Positions 8,056-16,673 of a stretch of DNA of 34,281 nucleotides are shown in pieces. The notes beneath the pieces are model-generated. The model did not search any database. It was not told the origin of the DNA and worked only from the letters and a program-made list of their open reading frames with translations. This DNA is from a virus (lineage: Duplodnaviria; Caudoviricetes). Made by a program: the position numbers and the translations under genes. Within the stretch, counting starts at the first letter, position 1; the number at the start of each line of letters is the position of its first letter. The stretch is taken from the IMG/VR virus record IMGVR_UViG_3300035524_000037, positions 1 through 34,281 of that record; one strand, written 5' to 3'.

Positions 8056-8387
8056 TGCCGGAGCCGGACAACGCGGACATGCAGGCCCTGCGGCGGGAGG
8101 TACTGGCCCGGTACGGCACCATCCACGCCTTCTGCCGCGCGGTCACGGGCCTCAACCGGGCCACGGTCTACATGGTCCTGGCCGGGAGCTACCCCGGCAA
8201 CGTGCAGCGGCAGGCCGCGCGTATCCGGGACGCCCTGGACGGACGCGGCAACAGGGAAACCCAAGTGTTCCGGGCCATCAAGGACGTGGCCTGCGCGCGC
8301 TGCGCCGTGAACGGGCCGTGCAATCGGTGCGACGAGTTGTTCCGGGATCAGGCCCGGGCCGTGCTGCACATTTCTCAAGTTACGTGA
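8055..8387 (+). CDS. HTH plus CxxC-x5-CxxC zinc-binding protein
   Basis: TAGTG coupling; LNRATVYMVLAG helix; CARCAVNGPCNRC. Confidence 0.7.
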   Translation: MPEPDNADMQALRREVLARYGTIHAFCRAVTGLNRATVYMVLAGSYPGNVQRQAARIRDALDGRGNRETQVFRAIKDVACARCAVNGPCNRCDELFRDQARAVLHISQVT

Positions 8388-8403
8388 CCCACGGAGGAAG
8401 ACC

Positions 8404-8838
8404 ATGACCGCCAACACACTGAAGGAGTTCGCGGCTCTCTATGCCAAGGGCTTCCGGCCTTACCAGGGCGAGATTTTGCCCGATGTGTACGACGGACTGG
8501 GCTGCCGCCACCCTGAACGGGCGTATTGGGTTTGCAAATGGCCGATCCTGCACTGTTTCGGTTGCCGAAACCGCTGCACGCCCAAGACGCCGGACGGGTT
8601 CCAGGTGGTGCTGCCCACGGTGGACGCTGGCCAGCGGACTCGGTTCGACATCACGCCCGCGCAGATGGTGGCCGTAAAAGCGTTTCTACGGGCCGATGAG
8701 GCCGCCTATTGCTTGAATATCAGCCCCCGCCAAGTTTACTCGCTGGCATACGAGGGCAAACTGATCCGGCACGTGGACAAACCCTTTCGCGTCACTGCGG
8801 AGTCTGTTATCGAAGAAATGAAACGCATTGACTGGTAA
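8404..8838 (+). CDS. Cys-rich protein with C-terminal excisionase-like HTH; candidate late activator
   Basis: GGAGG SD; LRADEAAYCLNISPRQVYSLAYEGKL HTH; HCFGCRNRC. Confidence 0.7.
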   Translation: MTANTLKEFAALYAKGFRPYQGEILPDVYDGLGCRHPERAYWVCKWPILHCFGCRNRCTPKTPDGFQVVLPTVDAGQRTRFDITPAQMVAVKAFLRADEAAYCLNISPRQVYSLAYEGKLIRHVDKPFRVTAESVIEEMKRIDW

Positions 8839-8849
8839 AAGGAGGTTCC

Positions 8850-9455
8850 ATGCACTTTATATTCATCCTGCTCGCCATGTTCACGTTCGGTTCCCTTGTT
8901 CTCGGCTTATTCGCACCGCGCCTGGTCCTGCCGTACCTTTCCCCGGAGAAGCGGACCAGGACCAGGGCACTTGGCATCTATTTGCTTTCCACCGTGCTGT
9001 TTATCGCCGTGGGAGCTGCCCTGACCCCCAAGGACGAGAGTGACGTCTATCTGGATCGACTTAAGGCCGAGGCCGAGATCGCGGACCGTGAATACGCCTC
9101 GCGTCGCGCCGAGACCGCCCAAAAGGCCGCGCCTGCCGTCAAACATTCCCCGGAACGCATCGCAGCCAATCGTGATACCGTGAATGAACTCTATGCCCAG
9201 CTCATGGCGTTCAAGGATGACCCCGCGTTCCACAACACCGGATTTGGAGCCGGGCTCCCCTATGCGCACCAATGGTTGCAGCGGGTAAAGCAGGTTGACG
9301 GCGAACTGTCCGTGAAGAACGGATACCCGCTCGCACTGGCGTCCTCCGCCGGGTATCTCCGGCAGCTCGGCATGGAATACATGCGCAGTCGAGGCCAAGA
9401 AAATCAATACACGCGAGACTTCCGCAAGTTCGTCGAGGAAGGACTCGCCGAATAA
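8850..9455 (+). CDS. membrane-anchored hypothetical protein (accessory gene)
   Basis: AAGGAGG SD; two N-terminal hydrophobic helices then a soluble domain; followed by a terminator. Confidence 0.8.
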   Translation: MHFIFILLAMFTFGSLVLGLFAPRLVLPYLSPEKRTRTRALGIYLLSTVLFIAVGAALTPKDESDVYLDRLKAEAEIADREYASRRAETAQKAAPAVKHSPERIAANRDTVNELYAQLMAFKDDPAFHNTGFGAGLPYAHQWLQRVKQVDGELSVKNGYPLALASSAGYLRQLGMEYMRSRGQENQYTRDFRKFVEEGLAE

Positions 9456-9478
9456 CATCAACCGTACTCCGGCCCCAC

Positions 9479-9508
9479 AAGCACCCGTCAGCGGGTGCTT
9501 TTTTGTTT
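9479..9508 (+). terminator. intrinsic terminator ending the early region
   Basis: AAGCACCCG-TCAG-CGGGTGCTT followed by TTTTGTTT. Confidence 0.85.
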
Positions 9509-9640
9509 GCATGACGCGCCCCCCTTTCTGATTCCGGTCACCATCCCCGCTATTCTGCTCCCTGAACCGGATCGCTCGTTCCGGTGTCCTCGTCAACGGC
9601 GAGGCCGGTATTTCCGGCCCCCGCCATACAGGGAGCGAAC

Positions 9641-10135
9641 ATGGATACGAAATTCGCCATTGTCGTCAGAACGGCGTGCGATGCGGACGGCACGTTCGGC
9701 ACGCTGTTTCTGCCCGGCGGGGATGCGCTTACGTGCGCGGAGCCGCCATGGAGGGAAAACAGGAGCAACATTTCGTGCATTCCTCCGGGGATGTATGCCT
9801 GCGAATTCAACCAATCCCCTCATTTTGGTCTGTGCCCCGAAATTTTGAACGTTCCCGGCCGTGATTTTGTGCGCATCCATGCGGGCAATTGGGCCGGAGA
9901 CATGGGACTGGGGCGCAAATCCGACACCGAAGGTTGCCTGTTGCCGGGGCTTGATTTTGATTTCTGGCCAGGAAGCGGTCCATCCCGGCAACGCGTGGTG
10001 ACGTCGTCACGCCAAGCGTTTGAAAAGCTTGCGACGTTGCTGTGCGGCGGCGCGGCGCGTCCCGGCGTGCGTTTTAGTCTGCAAATCCTGGACGCCACAG
10101 GCATTGCCGGAAGGGGGTGGGGGCATGGGGCTTAG
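9641..10135 (+). CDS. DUF5675-like protein, putative endolysin
   Basis: GTFGTL...EPPWRENRSNISCIPPG...VPGR..VRIHAGN...DTEGCLL...SRQAF; precedes the holin. Confidence 0.75.
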   Translation: MDTKFAIVVRTACDADGTFGTLFLPGGDALTCAEPPWRENRSNISCIPPGMYACEFNQSPHFGLCPEILNVPGRDFVRIHAGNWAGDMGLGRKSDTEGCLLPGLDFDFWPGSGPSRQRVVTSSRQAFEKLATLLCGGAARPGVRFSLQILDATGIAGRGWGHGA

Positions 10136-10727
10136 TGACATTCTTTCCGGCGCGCTCAAGTTTATCCCGGGCGTTGGCCAGATCGTCACGGCCGTGGAGG
10201 GGGTTGCCGCCATTGCCGGGGCCATTGGCGGAGAGGCGGGCGAAAAAATTCAAAACGGCGTGAATCAAATTACGGATGGCCTGAAGGAAGCCGAAGCCCA
10301 GCCTTTGACTGGTGAACAGCAACTCGCCCTCAAGGAGGCGGGGCTCACCACCACCGTCAAGCTCCGGGAACTGGACCTGAAGGACGTGGAAGGCGGGCGC
10401 AAGCTCGCCAAAGCGGAGATCGACTCCAGCGACGAATACGTGCGGCGTACCCGGCCTCAGCTCCTGCGCTGGTATGGCAAGGGCACCTTCCTGCTCATCT
10501 TCTCGTGCGTGGCCGTGGCCTTTGCGTCGGCCTTCTCCTCGTCCGTCAGCAAGGACGAGGCCGCCTTTATCATCGACGTGCTCAAGTGGGCGCTGCCCAC
10601 GGTCTCCGGCACCTTCCTGCTGATGTACCGCGCCTACACCGGACGGCGCACGCAAGAGAAGCTGGGCGAGATGGGCATTCAGCCGGAAGCGGCCATGGAT
10701 AAGGCCATCAAGCTGTTTCGGGGGTAG
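10125..10727 (+). CDS. holin-like membrane protein (3TM/GTA-type)
   Basis: SSDEYVRRTRP followed by hydrophobic helices and GRRTQEK. Confidence 0.65.
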   Translation: MGLSDILSGALKFIPGVGQIVTAVEGVAAIAGAIGGEAGEKIQNGVNQITDGLKEAEAQPLTGEQQLALKEAGLTTTVKLRELDLKDVEGGRKLAKAEIDSSDEYVRRTRPQLLRWYGKGTFLLIFSCVAVAFASAFSSSVSKDEAAFIIDVLKWALPTVSGTFLLMYRAYTGRRTQEKLGEMGIQPEAAMDKAIKLFRG

Positions 10728-10730
10728 AGC

Positions 10731-11081
10731 GTGGATTTCGACACCCTCGACCTCATACTCCGCATTCTCCAAGTCGTGGTCATCCCCATCGTCGGCCTGC
10801 TGGGCAAGCTGATCCTGGATTTGCGCAAAGAGCAACAAAAGGACCAAACGGCGAATTCCAAGGATCACACCGATTTTGAGAAGCGCCTGTCCGATGCCGA
10901 AGCCTGCCTGAGATTGGTTCCCAGCGAAAAAGCCATCCATGACCTGGCCCTTACCATTCAGGACTTCGGCGGCGATCTGCGCGTCGCCGTCGAAAAGATT
11001 GAAGGCGTGGACCGCCTTGTGGGCCGCCTGGAACGGATCGTCACCCGCCACGAAGACTACATGCTCAACGGAGGAAAATAG
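10731..11081 (+). CDS. DUF2730-like membrane-anchored coiled-coil protein
   Basis: N-terminal TM, RL..AE..L..VPS motif, coiled coil; usual position before Mu gp26. Confidence 0.7.
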   Translation: MDFDTLDLILRILQVVVIPIVGLLGKLILDLRKEQQKDQTANSKDHTDFEKRLSDAEACLRLVPSEKAIHDLALTIQDFGGDLRVAVEKIEGVDRLVGRLERIVTRHEDYMLNGGK

Positions 11082-11082
11082 T

Positions 11083-11382
11083 TTGAGCTACGAAACCGTT
11101 ATCACCGAACAACTGCGCTGCAACCTCCTGCGCTCCCTGCTTGAGGCTCCCGGCTACACGTCCAACGACAGCGTGCTGACGGACCGGGCCGAAGAGTTCG
11201 GCTTTCGTCCCTCGCGCGACACCATCCGCACGCAATTGGCGTGGCTGAAGGAACAGGGGCTGGTGCGGCTGAACACTGTCAAATCCTGCCAGATCGCCGT
11301 TCTGACCGAGCGCGGCGCGGATGTCGCCCGAGGCTTCGCCACCGCCCCCGGCGTCAAGCGCCCCTCTCCCGGAGGCGAATAG
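11083..11382 (+). CDS. Mu gp26-like winged-helix protein
   Basis: LRSLLEAPGYTSNDSVL...SRDTIRTQLAWLKEQGLV...LTERGADVARG...PGVKRPSP; TTG start with GGAGG SD. Confidence 0.85.
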   Translation: MSYETVITEQLRCNLLRSLLEAPGYTSNDSVLTDRAEEFGFRPSRDTIRTQLAWLKEQGLVRLNTVKSCQIAVLTERGADVARGFATAPGVKRPSPGGE

Positions 11383-11383
11383 C

Positions 11384-11977
11384 GTGGAACGCACCGGACG
11401 TGAGTACCCGCCCGAAGCCGTGTGGGAAGCTCAGGAACTCTACTGCGTGGCCCGCCTGACGTTCGAGAAGGTCGCGGAGGAAACCGGAGTGGCCGTGTCC
11501 ACGCTCAAGCGCTGGTCTGCCACTTACGAATGGCAAGACAAGCGCGACAAGCTGGCCCAGGCCGAGGCGGACCTCAAGGCCGACACCATCCTGGCCCGGT
11601 CCGTAATGCTCAAGAAGCTCATCAAGAGCCAAAACGCCCAGGACGGCTTTGCCGTTTCGGCGCTGGAAGGCCTCGCCATGAAGCAAGCTGAAGCCGCCCG
11701 CGCTCAGAAGCTCATGAGCGCGGCCAAGCAGGCCGAGCCGCGTCCGATCCGCACCAAGGAAGAGGCGGTTGCCGCGTTGAGAGAAACGGCGGAACTCAAG
11801 TTGAACCGCCTGCTGCAAAACCCCGGCGAGTTAGACACCAAGGACATTGCGGAAATCGACAAGATGTACGGCATGATTGAGGCCATGACGCCCAAGTCCG
11901 GCCAGGTCAAGCCCGAATCCAAACAGCTTGATTCCAAGACGCTCGAAGCCATCCGGGAGCAGGTGTATGGCCTCTAG
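11384..11977 (+). CDS. putative terminase small subunit
   Basis: N-terminal HTH (LTFEKVAEETGVAVSTLKRW); directly upstream of the large subunit. Confidence 0.75.
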   Translation: MERTGREYPPEAVWEAQELYCVARLTFEKVAEETGVAVSTLKRWSATYEWQDKRDKLAQAEADLKADTILARSVMLKKLIKSQNAQDGFAVSALEGLAMKQAEAARAQKLMSAAKQAEPRPIRTKEEAVAALRETAELKLNRLLQNPGELDTKDIAEIDKMYGMIEAMTPKSGQVKPESKQLDSKTLEAIREQVYGL

Positions 11978-13442
11978 CCCCGCCGTTCCCCTTACCGGAT
12001 ACCAGCGCCGGTGGGCGAAGGACCGCAGCCGGTTCAAGATCGGCTGTATCTCACGCCAAGGCGGGAAATCTTTCGGTTCGTCCCTTGAGGTGGTGGATGA
12101 TTGCATGGAGCGGAAAACCATGTGGGTGCTCCTCTCCGCAGGTGAGCGCCAGAGCAAGGAGCTGATAGCCAAGTGCGCCATGCACGCCCGCGCCTACAAC
12201 ATGGCCATCGACGAGCTGGAGGACGAATTCAGGGCGCAAGACGGGACCGCCTACAAGCAGCTTGAAATCGTCTTTCCGAACGGATCAAGGATCGTGGGCC
12301 TGCCCGCCAATCCGGATACAGCTCGCGGTTGGTCCGCCAACATCCTGCTTGACGAGTTCGCCCTCCACCGCGATTCCCGCGAAATCTGGAAGGCCATGTT
12401 CCCCACGGTGACGCGGGGATACCGCATCATCGTTATTTCCACGTTCAAGGGTAAAAACAACAAGTTCTACGACCTGTTCTACAACGCGCCGACCCTGCAA
12501 CTTTTTCAGGGGACAGGCCATGAACACCTCGGCGAACGCGGTGGTTGGAGCAAGCACCTGGTTACCATCCATGACGCCGTGGAAATGGGACTTGAGCTGC
12601 ACGACGACGAAGGGAACGCGATCGAGCCGGAAGACCTCCGCCTCGCCCTGGACGACGAGGAGGCGTGGGAGGAAGAGTATGAATGCGTGGCCTCCGACGA
12701 GGCCTCGGCCTTCCTGACGCACGATCTCATCACCTCCGTGCAGGACGTGAAGCTAAACGACAAGCCCGACTGGGTCGCCAAGCTCATTGAGGCCGCGCAC
12801 GCGAATTACGCGCTGTACAGGGCGACAAAAGATGAAAGCATCCAACCGCCCGTCCACATTCTCAAGGACGTCCTGATTCCCGGCGACTTGTACGCGGGTA
12901 TGGATATCGGGCGTAAAAAAGACTTGTCCGTCCTCTGGCTGGATGTCGATGTCGCCAACGTGCTGCGCACCCTGGCCGTCATCGAAATGCACAAGACGCC
13001 ATTCTACGTGCAGCGGCAGGTTCTTTTCGCCATCCTCATGCACCGGGCCTTCCGTAGAGCCTGCATCGACGAGTCCGGCATAGGCCTGAACCTTGCCGAG
13101 AGCGCAACGGACCGCTTCGGCTCATGCGTCGAGGGCGTCCCGTTCAGCGCCGCCAACAAGGAAGCCATCGCTACCGGCCTGAAGCAAAATTTCGAAGACG
13201 CGGCCAGCGCCATCCCGGCAGGCAGCACGATTCGCAATTCGCTGCACAGCGTTAAAAAGTATGCGACGGCCACCAAACATTTCCGATTCGACGCGGAGCG
13301 TTCCGACCAGACCGGCCACGCCGACCACTTCTGGGCAAAGGGGCTGTCCGTCCTGGCCTACTCCTCCCCGCAAAACGACGAGGAATGGGACGTCTGCACC
13401 GGGGGCGGGAGCCGGACGGCGGGCATTATGAGGGGGTTTTGA
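11967..13442 (+). CDS. terminase large subunit (Mu gp28-like)
   Basis: SRQGGKS Walker A, LPANPDTARG, LLDEFA Walker B, GMDIGRKKD and HADHFWA nuclease motifs. Confidence 0.95.
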   Translation: MASSPAVPLTGYQRRWAKDRSRFKIGCISRQGGKSFGSSLEVVDDCMERKTMWVLLSAGERQSKELIAKCAMHARAYNMAIDELEDEFRAQDGTAYKQLEIVFPNGSRIVGLPANPDTARGWSANILLDEFALHRDSREIWKAMFPTVTRGYRIIVISTFKGKNNKFYDLFYNAPTLQLFQGTGHEHLGERGGWSKHLVTIHDAVEMGLELHDDEGNAIEPEDLRLALDDEEAWEEEYECVASDEASAFLTHDLITSVQDVKLNDKPDWVAKLIEAAHANYALYRATKDESIQPPVHILKDVLIPGDLYAGMDIGRKKDLSVLWLDVDVANVLRTLAVIEMHKTPFYVQRQVLFAILMHRAFRRACIDESGIGLNLAESATDRFGSCVEGVPFSAANKEAIATGLKQNFEDAASAIPAGSTIRNSLHSVKKYATATKHFRFDAERSDQTGHADHFWAKGLSVLAYSSPQNDEEWDVCTGGGSRTAGIMRGF

Positions 13443-13450
13443 ATGAACGG

Positions 13451-13756
13451 CTACTTACTGAGCCATCCTGCAAGTGCCCCGGAAATGGCACCACTTAATG
13501 CACCTATAAATGCGGGATGTCGGAAGAGACGTAAATACCATGGCGTGAGTATTTCCTCCGCTTTTGCCTTCCCCTTTTCCGTTAGGCGAACTGGCAAGAG
13601 GCTTTGAACGTTTTTGTCTGTTGGGAGAATAGTAATAAGCCCCTTTTTTTCAAGGGTGTTAATTGCATTTTCGCAACCGGGAAATTTGCCAATCAAATCA
13701 GGAAAGTTACAGCTATCGTTCAAAAAAATGTGCTTTAACAGCTGATTATCAAACAT
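13451..13756 (-). CDS. AT-rich antisense moron: winged-helix-like domain with C-terminal TM
   Basis: GGGAGA SD; LEKKGLI...RLTEKG wing motif; hydrophobic C-terminus FIGALSGAISGALAGW. Confidence 0.7.
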   Translation of the reverse strand: MFDNQLLKHIFLNDSCNFPDLIGKFPGCENAINTLEKKGLITILPTDKNVQSLLPVRLTEKGKAKAEEILTPWYLRLFRHPAFIGALSGAISGALAGWLSK

Positions 13757-13767
13757 CGAGGTCTCCC

Positions 13768-15279
13768 GTGAATGGTTTGTATGCGCCAAATGGCGACTAT
13801 ATAGAATTTGCTAAGCATGGCAAGCAACTGGACCTGACCACCGAGTTTGCCACGCGCCTGACCGCCGGGGCGGACCTGGGCGCGTTCCTGGGCTGGCTGC
13901 CCGACCCGGACCCGGTGCTGCTCAAGCGGGCGGACCCGGCGGACGTGCTCGACGATCTGACCGCTGACGACCAGGTCTGCATGGCCATGCAAAACCGCAA
14001 GCTGCGCGTGCTGAACAAGCAGGACTACGATTTTGCGCCCGGCCAGGCCCAGGGACAGGCCGCCACCTCCGAGTCCGTGCGGCTGCATGACGCCCTGGTG
14101 GCCGACCTGGAAGCCATCAACCTGCGCAACGTCTTTTCCACCATGCTGGACGCGCCGTTCTATGGCTTTACGCCGCTCGAACTACTCTGGGAGCCGCGCG
14201 GCGGCACGTTCCACCTGCGGGACATTGTGGCCAAGCCGCGTGAATGGTTCGCCTTTGACGATCTGGGCCGCCCCGTGTTTCGCGGCGAAACCCTGGCCGC
14301 ATCGCAGCTCCTGCCGCCGGGCAAGTTCGTATTCGTGCGCCATTTCCCGACCTACCAGGATCCCTACGGCCTGCGTCTGCTCTCCCGTTGCCTCTGGCCT
14401 GTGGCGTTCAAACGCGGCGGCATCGAATTCCTGACCCGCTTCCTGGAAAAGTTCGGCATGCCCTGGGTGCTGGCCAAGGCACCGCGCAACGCGGATCGCG
14501 CCGAACGGCAAGCCATGGCGGGCGATCTGGCGGCCATGGTCCAGGACGCGGTAGCTGTCTTGCCCAGCGGGGCCGAGGTGGAGCTGGCCACGGCGTCGGG
14601 CAAGGGCGGCGAGCAGCACGAGACCTATATCCGCCGCTGGGACAAGGCCATTTCGAAAGTTTTGATGGGCCAAACCCTGACAGCGGAAATGGACGGCTCG
14701 GGCAGCCGCGCGGCCAGCGAGACGCATTATTCCGTGTCCGAGGACATGGCCGAGGCGGACCAGTTCCTGGTGGCCAGCGCCATGAACGAGATCGCGCTGA
14801 CCTACCGCGACGTGAACGCCGGGCCGGGCGTCCTGGCTCCGGTCTTTGCCTACTCCGAGCCGGAGGACTACGCAGCCCAGGCCGACCTGGACAAGAAGCT
14901 CCACAGTGTTGGCGTGCGCTTCAAAAAAACCCATTTCACCCGGCGGTACGGCCTGGCTGAGGATGAATTCGAGCTGGAAGGCGAAACCAACGCCGACGGC
15001 CCGGCGGACCATGCCGACTTTGCCGAGGGCATAGCAGCGCAGGACGTGGTGGACCAAGCCGTGGCCGAGGTCATGCCCCAGGCTGTCAAAGCCAACGCCG
15101 AGCTGGTCAAGCAAATTGAGAACGCGGTGCAGCAGGCGGAAACCTGGGAGGACATGCAGCTCCTGCTGGCCGAATTGTTGGGCCAGGACGCGGAGCCGGA
15201 CGAGCTGGAAGAACTGCTGGCCAGGATCATGCTGAACGCGGCGGCGTTCGGCACTCATGCCGTGGAGGCGGACGCCTGA
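13768..15279 (+). CDS. portal protein (DUF935 / Mu gp29)
   Basis: LPDPDPVL, DAPFYGF, PYGLRLLS, FLEKFGMPW, ISKVLMGQTLT; GTG start with GAGGT SD. Confidence 0.95.
   Translation: MNGLYAPNGDYIEFAKHGKQLDLTTEFATRLTAGADLGAFLGWLPDPDPVLLKRADPADVLDDLTADDQVCMAMQNRKLRVLNKQDYDFAPGQAQGQAATSESVRLHDALVADLEAINLRNVFSTMLDAPFYGFTPLELLWEPRGGTFHLRDIVAKPREWFAFDDLGRPVFRGETLAASQLLPPGKFVFVRHFPTYQDPYGLRLLSRCLWPVAFKRGGIEFLTRFLEKFGMPWVLAKAPRNADRAERQAMAGDLAAMVQDAVAVLPSGAEVELATASGKGGEQHETYIRRWDKAISKVLMGQTLTAEMDGSGSRAASETHYSVSEDMAEADQFLVASAMNEIALTYRDVNAGPGVLAPVFAYSEPEDYAAQADLDKKLHSVGVRFKKTHFTRRYGLAEDEFELEGETNADGPADHADFAEGIAAQDVVDQAVAEVMPQAVKANAELVKQIENAVQQAETWEDMQLLLAELLGQDAEPDELEELLARIMLNAAAFGTHAVEADA
13796..13823 (-). 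promoter_or_regulatory. candidate sigma70 promoter for the moron, inside the portal 5' end
   Basis: Minus strand TTGCCA-N16-TATAGT. Confidence 0.55.
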
Positions 15280-16556
15280 TGCCCGTCACTGTTGAACCTC
15301 TGGTCTCTGCCGAGGCCGTGCAATATTGGAAGAGCAAAGCCCCGGTCAGCGCCAAGGAATTGCAAGCCATGGACGCGGCAGCCCGCAGCCGGGCCTTTGC
15401 TGTTTCCGGCCTGGCCCGCATGGACCAGATCGGCGCGGTGCAGGCCGCCATTGGCAAGGCCATTGCCGACGGCGAGACCCTGCGCGATTTCAAGGCCCGC
15501 ATCGGGGACATCATCGAACAGCAGGGCTGGACCGGGACCAAGGCTTGGCGCGTGGAAAACATCTTTCGGACCAACATCCAATCCGCCTACATGACCGGCC
15601 GCTACCAGCAGATGCAGCGCGCGGCCAAGGCGCGGCCGTACTGGCGCTATTCCGCTGTCATGGACCGGCGCACCCGCCCGGGACACCGCGCCCTGCACGG
15701 CCTGGTCTACCCGCATGATCATCCATTCTGGGATCAGTTCTACCCGCCCAACGGCTTTATGTGCCGCTGCACCGTGACCACGCTTTCGGCCCGGCAGGTC
15801 AAGGCGCGTGGCCTTGAGGTGCGAACGGAAATCCCCGACCGCATCCGCGTGGTGGACCCGGCCACGGGCATGGAAACGTTCATCACGCCGATGCCGGACA
15901 AGGGCTGGAGCACCAACGTGGGCCAGGATTGGCTGGCCGGGCTGACGCCTTCGGAGCTGGATGGCGGGCTGAAAGACCTGGCTACCAAGGCCATGTGTCA
16001 CCGTGGCGATCATGCCGACGACCCGTGCAAGCCGCCGCTGGCCTCCATCCATCCGCGCCACCTCTTCAAGGTCGGCGAAGGCGACATTCTTCCGCCCGGC
16101 CTGAGCGACAACGACTATCTGCGGGCGTTCCTGGGCGAGTTCGGCATATCCGACCTCCACGGCAGCAAAGCGATTACCCTGCCGGGCGTGCGGCTCCCGG
16201 TGGCTATCAGTCGAAACCTGTTTGTCGTGGATAAAAAGACCGGTCATCCGCTCAAGATCACCAAGGGAGGGCGTGAGCGCTACCTCAAGCTGTTGGCCCG
16301 CACCATTCTCGCCCCCTACGAAATCTGGGACGTTCCCGTGGAGCTGAGCGGCAGGCGGTATCGCTCCCTGCGCCTGCTGCGCCTGTTCGCAGACGAAAAT
16401 GGGGAAATCGGCGGCTATGCGGCGTTCAACCTCGTGCATGGCCGATTCTGGGAGGGCGTAACAACGTTCCCGGCACAACTCGGCAAGGGCCGTGAGGAAA
16501 TGCTTCACTATTTGGAAAAACAGCGAATTGGGACATTACTTTACCGGGATGAATAG
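15279..16556 (+). CDS. MuF/gp30 minor head protein with C-terminal PBECR2-like nuclease domain
   Basis: IFRTNIQSAY..GR, YSAVMDRRTRPGH, YPPNGFMCRC (MuF); tail KGGRERYLKLLARTILAPYEIW...WEGVTTF...YLEKQRIGTLLY. Confidence 0.85.
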   Translation: MPVTVEPLVSAEAVQYWKSKAPVSAKELQAMDAAARSRAFAVSGLARMDQIGAVQAAIGKAIADGETLRDFKARIGDIIEQQGWTGTKAWRVENIFRTNIQSAYMTGRYQQMQRAAKARPYWRYSAVMDRRTRPGHRALHGLVYPHDHPFWDQFYPPNGFMCRCTVTTLSARQVKARGLEVRTEIPDRIRVVDPATGMETFITPMPDKGWSTNVGQDWLAGLTPSELDGGLKDLATKAMCHRGDHADDPCKPPLASIHPRHLFKVGEGDILPPGLSDNDYLRAFLGEFGISDLHGSKAITLPGVRLPVAISRNLFVVDKKTGHPLKITKGGRERYLKLLARTILAPYEIWDVPVELSGRRYRSLRLLRLFADENGEIGGYAAFNLVHGRFWEGVTTFPAQLGKGREEMLHYLEKQRIGTLLYRDE

Positions 16557-16638
16557 GAAAACCCCAGGAAACCGGCTTCCTGGGGTCCGCGCAGCCCCTT
16601 TGCGATCCCCGTACCGGTCGGGGTCATACGAGCTGCAC
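16555..16638 (-). ncRNA. candidate antisense structured sRNA (about 80-85 nt)
   Basis: Minus-strand promoter upstream, 9-bp closing stem with inner CCCCG/CGGGG hairpin, then 10-bp terminator hairpin ending in UUUUCC. Confidence 0.6.
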
Positions 16639-16644
16639 AGTTTC

Positions 16645-16673
16645 TATATACGCACCCATGGGAGGGCCGTCAA
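16645..16673 (-). promoter_or_regulatory. sigma70 promoter for the candidate sRNA
   Basis: Minus strand TTGACG-N17-TATATA. Confidence 0.7.

Noticed and set aside
13663-13767. Longer portal N-terminus proposed by the ORF track
   Set aside because: Overlaps the antisense moron; GTG at 13768 has an SD and matches the relic M-N-G start
16635-16644. GCACAGTTTC shared with 24172-24181 as a late promoter motif
   Set aside because: A single 10-mer pair, not found at other late intergenic regions; compatible with chance
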